This document shows, one piece after another, positions 1 to 9,511 of a stretch of DNA of 64,000 bases. This DNA is from Patescibacteria group bacterium (GTDB taxonomy: Bacteria > Patescibacteriota > Microgenomatia > UBA1400 > PJMF01). The notes under the pieces are model-generated. The model made no database searches, had not been told where the DNA came from, and saw nothing but the letters and a program-made list of their open reading frames with translations. The translations under genes were made by a program, and so were the position numbers. Position 1 is the stretch's first letter. Every line of letters begins with the position of its first letter. The stretch covers positions 11,356 to 75,355 of the forward strand of contig JACFOI010000004.1 in NCBI GenBank assembly GCA_019454415.1, read 5' to 3'.

Positions 1-396
1 CAGCACGCGCGGAAACTCTTCGTCGGTGAACTGGACATAGAGCGGCGTTTTGTCATCTTTGAGCAAGATGTTAAACGGCGGCTGATGGGTACGGATTAGC
101 TCTGCTTCAACCAGCAACGCTTCCAGCTCACTTTCCAGGATCTGATGTTTAAGTTGGGTCGCCGTAAAGACCATCCGGCGCGTTTTGCCTTGGGTCAGTT
201 TCCACTGCTTGTAGGAAGAGATGCGATTCTTAAGATTTTTAGCTTTGCCAACGTAGAGAACGTTATCGGCGTCGTCTAAGAACCAATAGACTCCCGGTAA
301 TGACGGAAGCGACGACCAAACCGATGCCCAAGCCAACTGGATTGATGGGGGCACTTTTGATGGTTTCGGCGAGTTGGATGCCTGTTTGGAGGTCAT
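1..396 (-). CDS. uvrC: Excinuclease ABC subunit C (UvrC), 5' portion only. The N-terminal GIY-YIG domain is present and the gene runs off the window start.
   Basis: Minus-strand translation of ~200-396 reads MTSKQASNSPKPSKVPPSIQLAWASVWSSLPSLPGVYWFLDDADNVLYVGKAKNLKNRISSYKQWKL..., the classic UvrC GIY-YIG N-terminus (LP..PGVY...YVGKAKNL.NR). It is not in the ORF track because no stop falls inside the window. The start could be ATG ~396 or GTG ~354. Confidence 0.75.
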   Translation of the reverse strand, partial: MTSKQASNSPKPSKVPPSIQLAWASVWSSLPSLPGVYWFLDDADNVLYVGKAKNLKNRISSYKQWKLTQGKTRRMVFTATQLKHQILESELEALLVEAELIRTHQPPFNILLKDDKTPLYVQFTDEEFPRVL

Positions 397-2125
397 GTGT
401 TGATGATAGGCCCTGAAGGGTGAGTGTCAAGCGAACCGGCCGGAGCCGCAGCCAGTCTGCGCCGTCGAGTTCTAACGGCAACTCAACTGTCTGGTAAGGC
501 AATAGCGCCGGAATACTTTCCGGCAGCTGAGTCACTTGAATAGAGTCGGAATCGACGCTGCCACTCAAGGGTAAGTTATACCAAGCTGCGCCGGTTTCAT
601 TAGTGAGTAACACTGAGTATTGGTTCTTAAACGGTGCTAACCAAAATGGCTTCTTCTTAAACATATAGCTGACACTCAGCTCCGGCAGTGGCTCCTCTTT
701 GCCAAAGGAGACCTCGACGTCTTTGGTTTGGCCGTTACTTCGTTTGTACGAACCAGCCGGATATGGCAGAGTGTCAGAGACGCCGTTGATGGCGAAGGTC
801 AGATGGTTAAAGTCAAGCTGGGAGAAGTAGTCGAGCCCGCCGGTGGTATTGCCCCAAGTAGGATCAATGGCCACCCACTGTTGCGCCTCAGCGTCATAGT
901 ACTCCGGCCAAGCGTGAAGGACATCATCTACCAGACTAAGAGGGCGCAGGCGTTCATTCTCTGTGTAGGCATAGCCGGTCACTCGTCTGGCCGGGATACC
1001 GGCTGCGCGAGCAATCGAGATAAAGAGATCTGTAAACTCCTGACAGGCAGCTTGCAGCGGTTCAACCAGTGCTTGTGCCGCGCCTAAGCGGGTTACCGGG
1101 CCATTCACTTTGGCAAAGTTGTAGGTCAAGGTCCCGACTACATAGTCGTAGATCTGTCGGGCCGTGACGTACTGTTGAGCGAGCTCTTTAATTCGGCCGT
1201 CATCTGACTGCCAGAACTTTTGGCTGGTTAGGTGCTCTTTCAGTGGGGCTAGTGTGGGCACGTCCGACTGAGGATTGAGAAAGACCGTCGCTTTCCCGCT
1301 AAGCAGGACTTCGGTTTCCCGGCCGGCATTGACTTCATAAGTGGCAATCCAGTTGCCGTCAGGGTCTTGTTCAATGGACTTGGGCCGGGGGTCAAGGCTG
1401 AGGTACTGCACTTTCTGATAGTTGGTATCAGGAGGCAGAGCAATCTGTGCTAAGCCAATGCTGGCGGTGGGATTCTCAAGATGATAACGGAGCGTGAAAT
1501 CATAGATCTGCTTCTCGCCAAAAATGGCAGTCACTCCTTGGTCGCCTAACTTATTAAACTCCAAAACCGTATAGCCATTGTGAACAGCCGTCAGGTCGGC
1601 TGGTGGATTGACTCGATTGGGTTGACCAAAGCGCTCAGGGACGCGCAGCTCCACCCGATAACTGTCATAGTTCGCAAGGTCAGTAAAGCGCGGAATGTAG
1701 ACCTCAACGACGTTGCCACTAATAATCGCAATGTCTGGACTTTCAAACTGAACCGTAAACTGGCGTTTCTTCCCTTCCCCTACCGTAAAGCTCTCAAAGG
1801 AGATACTGATGCTGGTTTTTTTATCCGTGGTGACGACATTGGCCGGAATTGGACCGGACTTATCAAAGACCTTAACGTTTTGAATCTGGCTGGAGCCGAG
1901 CTCGATCGCATACTCGCTGGCATACAACGTCGGCGTTTTATTGGTCAGCGTGAACTGCTGCTCAATCGTGGTCATGCCGTTGTTCTGGATGATGTAGCTG
2001 GAGGTTAAGGCGATATCAAAGTTTTCATCTGCCTGAACAGGACTAACGTGTCCGCCGACACCCATGAGCGCGGCGACCAGCACCATCCATACCCAGCTCA
2101 AAAGAAACAGCCGCAAACGACTCAT
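263..2125 (-). CDS. Transglutaminase-like superfamily protein, secreted, with an N-terminal signal peptide and a C-terminal TM anchor ending in an RRRR tail.
   Basis: The 620-aa ORF opens with an N-terminal hydrophobic signal. The Cys-protease-like transglutaminase core motif region ...LQAACQEFTDLFISIARAAGIPARRVTGYAYT... is present. The C-terminal hydrophobic helix is followed by RRRR. Confidence 0.55.
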   Translation of the reverse strand: MSRLRLFLLSWVWMVLVAALMGVGGHVSPVQADENFDIALTSSYIIQNNGMTTIEQQFTLTNKTPTLYASEYAIELGSSQIQNVKVFDKSGPIPANVVTTDKKTSISISFESFTVGEGKKRQFTVQFESPDIAIISGNVVEVYIPRFTDLANYDSYRVELRVPERFGQPNRVNPPADLTAVHNGYTVLEFNKLGDQGVTAIFGEKQIYDFTLRYHLENPTASIGLAQIALPPDTNYQKVQYLSLDPRPKSIEQDPDGNWIATYEVNAGRETEVLLSGKATVFLNPQSDVPTLAPLKEHLTSQKFWQSDDGRIKELAQQYVTARQIYDYVVGTLTYNFAKVNGPVTRLGAAQALVEPLQAACQEFTDLFISIARAAGIPARRVTGYAYTENERLRPLSLVDDVLHAWPEYYDAEAQQWVAIDPTWGNTTGGLDYFSQLDFNHLTFAINGVSDTLPYPAGSYKRSNGQTKDVEVSFGKEEPLPELSVSYMFKKKPFWLAPFKNQYSVLLTNETGAAWYNLPLSGSVDSDSIQVTQLPESIPALLPYQTVELPLELDGADWLRLRPVRLTLTLQGLSSTHDLQTGIQLAETIKSAPINPVGLGIGLVVASVITGSLLVLRRRR

Positions 2126-2186
2126 AATTGCTAAATTGTACGTGGTTGGGGCTCGCTTAGCTACCTTTGGTCTTCAGGTGACGAAC

Positions 2187-5100
2187 TCAGTGTGCTGGAG
2201 AACGAAGGGCGAACTCTTCTTCCAAGAAGTGACCCGTGTATGAACGGGAGTTGCGAGCGATCTGCTCCGGGGTCCCGACTGCAATCACTTCCCCACCTCG
2301 GTCACCACCCTCTGGCCCAAGATCGACGATCCAGTCTGCATTCTTAATCACGTCAAGATTATGTTCAATCAAGATGACGGTGTTGTTCTGTGCCACCAAC
2401 TGCTCCAGCACCTGTAACAGTTTTTGGATGTCTTCAAAGTGCAGGCCTGTAGTGGGCTCATCCAGTAAATAGACACAGTGTTCGCTGGTACGGACTGACA
2501 GCTCGCGAGCCAGCTTGACGCGCTGTGCTTCACCACCGCTCAGCGTTGGAGCTGGTTGGCCAATTTCGATGTAGCCCAATCCGACTTCCTGAAGTGTCTT
2601 CAACTTATTACGGAGGGTGGTGTGACCGGCAAAGAACTCAATCGCTTCATCCACTGTCATGTGCAGGACGTCGGCAATATTCTTGTCTTTGTACCGAACA
2701 GCCAGCGTTTCCTCGTTGTAGCGAGCTCCTTTACACACTTCACACGTTACATACACGTCAGGCAGAAACTGCATTTCAATCTTTAACTGTCCATCTCCCT
2801 GACACGTTTCACACCGGCCGCCTTTGACGTTGAAGCTAAACCGACCAGCTGTGAAGCCGCGAGTACGGGCGTCCTTGGTATTGGCAAAGATGGTTCGAAT
2901 GTAATCGAAAATCTTGGTGTAGGTGCCTGGGTTGGAACGGGGAGTTTTACCGATCGGGCTTTGATCAATCAGCGTAATCCGCCGAACTTCTTCCGGGACC
3001 ATTAAGTTGGCGACGTAGCCCGGCTGCTGGTCAGTGGACTTTCCCAGTGCTTTTGAGACATTCGCATAGAGTGTGTCATGCAGCAGTGTAGACTTCCCCG
3101 AACCGGAGATGCCAGTGATACAGGTGAGTGTCCTAAGGGGAAACTCGACGTCAATATCTTTGAGGTTGTGATGACTGGCCCCTCGAATTGCGATTCGAGG
3201 CTGAGTCACGATGGCGTCTGCGAGAGCATCGGGGCTCAGATAGCGGCGACTATCTTGTGAGCCGTCTGCTTCCCGGCTGAGGGTAGTCCCGGACTTAATA
3301 TGGCGAACGATATCTTTTTTCCGTGCCAGGTACTTCCCGGTTATGGACTTCTTGCTCTCCATAATTTCTGAGGGTGTCCCTTCGGCAACGATCTGGCCGC
3401 CGTGCTTGCCGGCAAGGGGGCCAAAGTCGAAAATATAGTCAGCAGCAAGCATCAAGTCGCGGTCGTGTTCAACCACCACCACAGAGTTGCCTTTATCACG
3501 CAAGTTTTTAAGGGTATCAATTAACTGACGATTATCACGTTGATGCAAACCAATGGTCGGCTCGTCCAGTACATACAACACGCCGGTCAAACCGGTTCCA
3601 ATCTGGGAAGCCAGCCGAATACGCTGTGCTTCACCACCCGCCAGTGTGGCCGCTTCGCGGCCCAGCGTCAGGTAGTCCAGACCCACTGCGACTAGGAACT
3701 GGAGCCGATTGGTGATCTCTTTTAGAATCGACTCACCAATGGCAAACTCTTTGACAGACAGAACAGTTGGGTTTTTTTCACGATCTTCCACGGTGTCACT
3801 CTCTGGTCTGATACGGACTTTCTCCACCCACTCAGCTGCCTTCAAAATAGACATGGTGGTGACTTCAGAGATGTTCATATGGTCAATGGTAACGGCCAAA
3901 GCCTCGGGTTTCAGCCGACTGCCATTGCATTTCTGACAGATGCGACGTTCCATGAACTGTTCGATCTCTTTACGGATAAACTCCGAGTCCGTCTCACTGT
4001 AGCGACGTTCTAAGTTATTGACAAAGCCTTCAAACTTTTCCTCGATCATAGTGGCCCGGCCAAACCGGTTCTCCCCTTCCACTTGATAGATTCGATCAGA
4101 CCCATAGAGCAGCTTCTGCTGTGCTTCAGGACTCATGTCCTGGAAAGCAGTCCGCCGGAAGTCAAAGCCTTCCTCTTCAACAACTTTGTGTACTAACCGT
4201 GCCCACCAGGTGTCACTACTCAGCATCCGTGCAAACGGAATAACCGCGCCCTCGCTCAAGGTCAGGCTGGGGGCCAGCATCTTCTCAACGTCAATCTTGA
4301 GAATGCTGCCCAAACCGTTACAGACCTCGCAGGCGCCATGTGGTGAGTTAAATGAAAAAAGTCGGGGTTCCAGTTCAGGCAAGGAGATTCCGCAGTAACT
4401 ACAGGCATACTTCTCACTGAAGAGCTGATTGGTGAACGACTTGGGGTCGGTCGGAAACTCGAGGGAGTTATCATTGATGTAGGCGATGACGACAAAGCCT
4501 TCGGCCAGCTTCAATGCTTCTTCGAGCGACTGAGACAGACGACTGCGGAAGGTCTTGCGCATCTCTTCGTTATCCAGCTCCTTCTTAAAAGTAGAAAGAC
4601 GGTCGATTACTGCTTCAATGGTGTGTTTGTTTGTTTTGATGAGTGAAAAGTCTTGATTGAGGTCGTACAGCTGACCATCGATCCGTACCCGCTGATAGCC
4701 TTTTTTTTGCAAGTTCTCAAAGAGTGCCGAGAACTCGCCTTTGCGATCCCTGACAACTGGTGACATGACCATCAACCTCGCTGGTCCTTCCCCTGCTCGA
4801 TTCTCGAGCTCTGTCATGACTTGGTTCACAATCTGGTCCACGCTTTGGGAGGCGATCTCCCGTCCACAGTTGGGACAGTGTTGATGGCCGACGCGCGCGA
4901 ACAGTAACCGAAGGTAGTCGTAGATCTCGGTAATTGTGCCAACAGTAGAACGTGGATTATGAGAAGTGGTCTTTTGATCAATCGAGATCGCTGGCGACAG
5001 ACCCTCGATGTGATCCACATCAGGCTTTGCCATCACGCCCAAAAACTGACGAGCATAGGAACTCAAACTCTCAACATATCGGCGCTGACCCTCGGCATAG

Positions 5101-5249
5101 AGCGTATCAAAGGCCAACGAGCTCTTCCCACTTCCGGACATTCCGGTCAAAACGACCAGTTTGTTCTTGGGGATTTCCATTGAGATGTTCTTGAGATTAT
5201 GCTGACGAGCACCGGTGATTTTGATCAGATCGACTGGTTTTTCGGGCAT
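2187..5249 (-). CDS. uvrA: Excinuclease ABC subunit A (UvrA)
   Basis: The ~1020-aa protein has two ABC ATPase modules, each with a Walker A motif ([23 protein letters not shown] and [10 protein letters not shown]), plus Zn-finger CxxC pairs and the UvrA signature LSGGE motifs. I take the start at the internal [11 protein letters not shown]... (5249) rather than the track's 5279. Confidence 0.95.
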   Translation of the reverse strand: MPEKPVDLIKITGARQHNLKNISMEIPKNKLVVLTGMSGSGKSSLAFDTLYAEGQRRYVESLSSYARQFLGVMAKPDVDHIEGLSPAISIDQKTTSHNPRSTVGTITEIYDYLRLLFARVGHQHCPNCGREIASQSVDQIVNQVMTELENRAGEGPARLMVMSPVVRDRKGEFSALFENLQKKGYQRVRIDGQLYDLNQDFSLIKTNKHTIEAVIDRLSTFKKELDNEEMRKTFRSRLSQSLEEALKLAEGFVVIAYINDNSLEFPTDPKSFTNQLFSEKYACSYCGISLPELEPRLFSFNSPHGACEVCNGLGSILKIDVEKMLAPSLTLSEGAVIPFARMLSSDTWWARLVHKVVEEEGFDFRRTAFQDMSPEAQQKLLYGSDRIYQVEGENRFGRATMIEEKFEGFVNNLERRYSETDSEFIRKEIEQFMERRICQKCNGSRLKPEALAVTIDHMNISEVTTMSILKAAEWVEKVRIRPESDTVEDREKNPTVLSVKEFAIGESILKEITNRLQFLVAVGLDYLTLGREAATLAGGEAQRIRLASQIGTGLTGVLYVLDEPTIGLHQRDNRQLIDTLKNLRDKGNSVVVVEHDRDLMLAADYIFDFGPLAGKHGGQIVAEGTPSEIMESKKSITGKYLARKKDIVRHIKSGTTLSREADGSQDSRRYLSPDALADAIVTQPRIAIRGASHHNLKDIDVEFPLRTLTCITGISGSGKSTLLHDTLYANVSKALGKSTDQQPGYVANLMVPEEVRRITLIDQSPIGKTPRSNPGTYTKIFDYIRTIFANTKDARTRGFTAGRFSFNVKGGRCETCQGDGQLKIEMQFLPDVYVTCEVCKGARYNEETLAVRYKDKNIADVLHMTVDEAIEFFAGHTTLRNKLKTLQEVGLGYIEIGQPAPTLSGGEAQRVKLARELSVRTSEHCVYLLDEPTTGLHFEDIQKLLQVLEQLVAQNNTVILIEHNLDVIKNADWIVDLGPEGGDRGGEVIAVGTPEQIARNSRSYTGHFLEEEFALRSPAH

Positions 5250-5335
5250 ACAAAAAACTCCGTCTCTCCCATCCAGCATAGAAGTGAGTGGATTGAATGG
5301 GGATTAACCAGTATAGCGAATAAATCACGAAAGGT

Positions 5336-6535
5336 CTAGAGTTGCGTACTACTCACTAAGTAGATCACACCAGCCTTATCATCGGAGATATAAAGGCGGC
5401 CATTTTGATCAAAAGTTAAGTCAACGGGACGACCAAGTGTCTGGTCCCCCTGCAGAAAACCGGTCATAAAGTCACTCTCCCCGGTAATACGATTACCGTC
5501 GACTGTCATCCTGACTACCTTATAGCCCGTCGGTACTGAGCGGTTCCAGGAGCCATGGTAGGCGACGAGCAGGTCTCCTTGCCAGGCATCCGGGAACTGA
5601 CGAGAGTCAATGAACGTCAGACCCAACGCTGCGGAATGAGCTTGGATAGCATGAAGTGGCGGAATGGTGCCATTACAGTACGCCTGGTCTTTCCCGCCAA
5701 AAGTAGTGTCGACTACTTGGTTGCTATAGCAAAATGGCCAACCATAGTTACCGTTTTCCTCAAGAATATTGATTTCATCCGGCGGGACATCATCCCCGAG
5801 GAGATCACGGGAGTTCTCGGTGGCCCAGACTTCGTCGGTAGAATCGTGAAGAGTCATGAAAACTGAGTTACGTAGGCCAGTTGCATAGGTCCGTACGTTC
5901 TCTCCCTCTTCATTCGTGATAAGTACTGTTGCGTTCCTGTCGTCCCGCTCTGTGCAGACATTACAAGTAGAACCCACTGAGATATAGAGATTCCCCTGGT
6001 TGTCAAATACTAAGCTGCGGGTGAAGTGGCCTGATCCCCCACTGGGAAGATCAGCCAGTTTTTTCTCAAAGGTGGCGGTCAACGTCTCTTCATCCCAGGT
6101 ATACCGGTTCAGCTCCCGCTCGGAAGCCACGAATAGCTTGCCGTTGCGGAAGGCTAAACCATGGGGATTGCGTACATTACTTAAGACATTCACTACCCGA
6201 TCTGCCACGCCGTCTCCATCTCGATCTGGCAAAGCAATAACTTGTCCTTTAGCCCTGAGCGAAACAAGGAGTGTCCCGTCAGGAGAAAACTGGAGGTCGC
6301 GCGCCCCGGGAGTCTGAGTACTAAAAAGAGTTGCTTGGAGACCTTCAGGGAGTTGGAGTCGTTGATCGGCTTTCTGGCCTTCAACTGGGCGAGCCATCTG
6401 CAGGGCTGGAGACAAAGCAGGGGTCACGTCGCCGACTTGTTTTTTAACGACGGCTTGGCCAAAAGTGCTTACTGCGAGGACTGCCCCGCTTAAGATGAGA
6501 GCTGCCAGCACTACCAACACAACGGGTCGTGACAT
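5336..6535 (-). CDS. Secreted PQQ-dependent (soluble quinoprotein) sugar/aldose dehydrogenase-like beta-propeller protein (glucose/sorbosone dehydrogenase family)
   Basis: 399 aa with an N-terminal signal peptide (MSRPVVLVVLAALILSGAVLA). It shows the GSD-family pattern: a NPHGLAF.NGKL-type propeller blade and a C-terminal GRPVDLTFDQNGRLYISDD motif. It lies between uvrB and uvrA with 18-nt and ~86-nt gaps. Confidence 0.65.
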   Translation of the reverse strand: MSRPVVLVVLAALILSGAVLAVSTFGQAVVKKQVGDVTPALSPALQMARPVEGQKADQRLQLPEGLQATLFSTQTPGARDLQFSPDGTLLVSLRAKGQVIALPDRDGDGVADRVVNVLSNVRNPHGLAFRNGKLFVASERELNRYTWDEETLTATFEKKLADLPSGGSGHFTRSLVFDNQGNLYISVGSTCNVCTERDDRNATVLITNEEGENVRTYATGLRNSVFMTLHDSTDEVWATENSRDLLGDDVPPDEINILEENGNYGWPFCYSNQVVDTTFGGKDQAYCNGTIPPLHAIQAHSAALGLTFIDSRQFPDAWQGDLLVAYHGSWNRSVPTGYKVVRMTVDGNRITGESDFMTGFLQGDQTLGRPVDLTFDQNGRLYISDDKAGVIYLVSSTQL

Positions 6536-6553
6536 AGTGACAGTGTAACAAAC

Positions 6554-8896
6554 CTATGCCGCTTCTTCCAAGTCTCGAACTACATCGCGGATTTGAGCAG
6601 CCAATTCAAAGTCCATATCGTTCGCAGCCTGTTTCATCTTCCGACGGAGCTTGGCCGCCAGCTTCCGGCGGTCGTCCGGAGTCATTCCCACAGGATTAAC
6701 CCTAGAGAGGTCGACTTGTTCCTGCTTGGAAAGATCAATAATCATGCCTTTGGGCGCAGTCGGGCCTGCTTTACGGAGGTCTAGCTGGCTAAGTTTTCCA
6801 GTTTTTTTCTTGATTTGATAATCCTTCTGGTCGTCTTCTACTTTGGCAATCATCCGCTCACGAATTGGTTTATAGATCGTTGACGGAGTAATCCCATGTT
6901 CTTGGTTGTACTGCCACTGAATCTGACGCCGGCGTTGTGTCTCTTGAATGGCACCGTGCATGGACTGCGTCAGCCGGTCCGCATACATGATGACATGCCC
7001 CTCCTGATGACGAGCAGCACGCCCAATGGTTTGAATCAAACTGGTTCGTGAACGCAGGAAGCCTTCTTTATCTGCATCAAGGATGGACACCAGTGTCACC
7101 TCCGGCAGATCGAGTCCCTCACGGAGTAAGTTAATTCCTACCACTACGTCATACTCTCCTCGGCGCAGGTCGTCCAAGATATCTGAGCGCTCCAGCGTCT
7201 CGACATCAGAGTGGAGGTAGGCTACTTTCGGGAAGGCCGGGTCTTTGAGCGAGCTGACATCCTTGATCTGCGAACGGGTGAAGTACTGGTCATCAATTCG
7301 ATCGATAGCCATCTGATCAATTGGTAGCTCGTCACCGCGGTAAATCGTCCGATCGGACTGATCAGAACCTGCGAGCTGGGCGTCAGTTTGCGCTCGGTTG
7401 GCGAGCAGTTTCAATACTTTTTCGTGATCGTTAAGGTAGTCAGTGAGTGCTTCGGCCATCTTCTTGGTCAAGGTAGTGACCAAGGTGCGCTGGCCCTTTT
7501 GTTTACGAACAATGATCTCCACGATTAAGTCTTCAATCTGACCTTTGGTTGGCCGCAGCTCAATGGTCGGGTCAAGCAGGCCGGTCGGCCGAATCAGCTG
7601 TTCGACCACCTTATTACCGGAAAGGGAGATCTCCCAGTCATTCGGCGTTGCCGAGACAAAAACCATCTCGTCGGTCTTAGCCATGAACTCGTTGAACTGC
7701 AGTGGCCGGTTGTCCAGTGCAGATGGCAAGCGGAAGCCGTACTCGATTAAGGTTTGCTTGCGGGCTTGGTCGCCGTGGTGCATAGCCCGAATCTGTGGAA
7801 CTGTCATATGACTCTCATCCACGATGGTCAAGAAGTGCTTCTTGTCAAAGAGGCGTATATTTTCGTGAAAATAATCGATCAAACTAAATGGTGGGTCACC
7901 CGGCTTGCGGCCGTCAAAGTAGCGCGAGTAGTTTTCGATGCCATTGACGAAACCCAACTCGCGGATCATGTCGATGTCGTACTTCACTTTCTGTTCCAAG
8001 CGATAAGCCTCGATCATCTTGCCTCGTTCACGGAGGTCCGCCAGCCGCTTCGCCAAGTCATCCTCAATTTCTTTGAGCGCTTGCTCCTGGGTTTTGGGGT
8101 TGGTCATGTAGTGCTTGGCCGGATAGATGACAAACTTTTTCGGCTTGATCGATTGCTGGCCTTGGGCAGGGTTCCAGCGTTGAGGGCTTTCGGCAGCGGC
8201 AATCGCTGAACCAGTCACCGGATCAATACGGTCAATGGAGATGATTCGGTTTTCCAGCGTTTCGATCCGTAACGCCGTATCCTCGTACGCTGGCCAGAGC
8301 TGAATCGTGTCGCCACGTAAACGGTAGCTGCCACGAACCAGTACTGCATCAGACCGCTGGTACTGCAAGTTGCTCAACTGTAGAAGTAACGTCTCCCGCG
8401 AGATAATCTCACCTTCGATGATCTCCAGAATGTAGCGGCCGAACTCCACTGGTGAACCTAAGTTGTAGATACATGAAACGGAGGCTACGATGATACAGTC
8501 AGGGCGTGTTAACAAGTTAGTGGTGGATGCCAAGCGCAGCTTATCGATCTCATCGTTAATGGTCGACTCTTTCTCGATATAAGTGTCCGTGGTGGGAATA
8601 TAAGCCTCTGGCTGGTAGTAGTCGTAGTATGAGACAAAGTAACTGACGGCATTGTTGGGGAAGAAGTCACGAAACTCTAGGTAAAGTTGTGCAGCCAGCG
8701 TTTTGTTGTGTGCGATCACCAAGGTAGGCAGACCTGTCCTGGCAATCAAGTTAGCCATGGTAAAAGTTTTGCCGGATCCAGTCACACCCAGCAGGGTTTG
8801 ATAGCGTTTAGACTCCTCGACACCAGCCACGAGCTGTTCAATCGCTATCGGCTGATCACCGGTCGGCTGGTACGAGGACTTCAACTGAAAATCCAT
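6554..8896 (-). CDS. uvrB: Excinuclease ABC subunit B (UvrB), unusually long at 780 aa
   Basis: It carries GVTGSGKTF (Walker A), the DESH box, and the helicase motifs VSATP, GINLLREGLD and QTIGRAAR. The C-terminal UVR domain reads DFELAAQIRDVVRDLE. It is about 100 aa longer than E. coli UvrB because of two insertions. Confidence 0.95.
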   Translation of the reverse strand: MDFQLKSSYQPTGDQPIAIEQLVAGVEESKRYQTLLGVTGSGKTFTMANLIARTGLPTLVIAHNKTLAAQLYLEFRDFFPNNAVSYFVSYYDYYQPEAYIPTTDTYIEKESTINDEIDKLRLASTTNLLTRPDCIIVASVSCIYNLGSPVEFGRYILEIIEGEIISRETLLLQLSNLQYQRSDAVLVRGSYRLRGDTIQLWPAYEDTALRIETLENRIISIDRIDPVTGSAIAAAESPQRWNPAQGQQSIKPKKFVIYPAKHYMTNPKTQEQALKEIEDDLAKRLADLRERGKMIEAYRLEQKVKYDIDMIRELGFVNGIENYSRYFDGRKPGDPPFSLIDYFHENIRLFDKKHFLTIVDESHMTVPQIRAMHHGDQARKQTLIEYGFRLPSALDNRPLQFNEFMAKTDEMVFVSATPNDWEISLSGNKVVEQLIRPTGLLDPTIELRPTKGQIEDLIVEIIVRKQKGQRTLVTTLTKKMAEALTDYLNDHEKVLKLLANRAQTDAQLAGSDQSDRTIYRGDELPIDQMAIDRIDDQYFTRSQIKDVSSLKDPAFPKVAYLHSDVETLERSDILDDLRRGEYDVVVGINLLREGLDLPEVTLVSILDADKEGFLRSRTSLIQTIGRAARHQEGHVIMYADRLTQSMHGAIQETQRRRQIQWQYNQEHGITPSTIYKPIRERMIAKVEDDQKDYQIKKKTGKLSQLDLRKAGPTAPKGMIIDLSKQEQVDLSRVNPVGMTPDDRRKLAAKLRRKMKQAANDMDFELAAQIRDVVRDLEEAA

Positions 8897-8899
8897 AGA

Positions 8900-8945
8900 G
8901 CTCTATTGTACCGGTTTTTCTTTGGTCTTTTGGTACAATTTTGAG
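8900..8945. promoter_or_regulatory. Divergent promoter region between uvrB and the DUF1697 gene, containing an 8-bp inverted repeat ATTGTACC-N19-GGTACAAT. Candidate operator.
   Basis: tATTGTACCggtttttctttggtcttttGGTACAATt is visible directly in the sequence. It sits between two divergently oriented start codons, at 8896 (minus) and 8948 (plus). Confidence 0.3.
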
Positions 8946-8947
8946 CT

Positions 8948-9493
8948 ATGGAATATATCGCACTTCTGCGCGGAATCAATGTCGGCGGTCATCAGCTAAA
9001 GATGGACCGCTTGCGGCGGCTCCTCTCGGAGATAGGACTTAATAACGTCAGAACCTATATTCAAAGTGGGAACGTTTTTTTTGAGAGTGATGCCAAAGAT
9101 CGCCAAAAGCTCACTGAGCAGATCGAGAAACACCTCGAAACAGAACTAGGATATCCAGTGCCGGTTTTCCTCTACACAGCGGAAGAAATCGAACAGCTGC
9201 TGGCCCTCAATCCTTTTAAAGATCGGAAGATCACTGATGATATGCGGCTCTGTCTGGTGTTCACCAAGGATAAGCTCCCAACGGACCTGGAGCTCCCTCT
9301 GCTCTCCCCCAAAAAAGACATGGAGCTAGTTTACGTCACTGATCATGCTGCTTTCACGATTTGGTACATTCTCAACGGCCGACCGCCAGGTGCTACCTCT
9401 AACCTCGACAAAATTCTCGGCAAGCAGACCACCACCCGCTTTTTTCATACCACTGCTAAAATCCTGGAAGCTGCCAAGAAAACAACAGCCTAG
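8948..9493 (+). CDS. DUF1697 family protein
   Basis: The N-terminus MEYIALLRGINVGGHQLKMDRLRRLL...TYIQSGNVFF matches the conserved DUF1697 start (LLRGINVGG...M..L...SGNV.F). Confidence 0.65.
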   Translation: MEYIALLRGINVGGHQLKMDRLRRLLSEIGLNNVRTYIQSGNVFFESDAKDRQKLTEQIEKHLETELGYPVPVFLYTAEEIEQLLALNPFKDRKITDDMRLCLVFTKDKLPTDLELPLLSPKKDMELVYVTDHAAFTIWYILNGRPPGATSNLDKILGKQTTTRFFHTTAKILEAAKKTTA

Positions 9494-9511
9494 AAAGTTG
9501 AGGCTTCACGC

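Noticed and set aside
728-2008. Plus-strand ORFs of 119 and 142 aa
   Set aside because: They are antisense inside the transglutaminase-like gene and have no motifs.
2236-5194. Multiple 60-100-aa ORFs on the plus strand
   Set aside because: All lie antisense inside uvrA, a high-confidence 1020-aa gene. They are spurious.
7240-7450. Possible intein in UvrB
   Set aside because: The insertion is only about 65 aa and lacks intein N- and C-terminal splicing blocks, so it is treated as an ordinary lineage-specific insertion.
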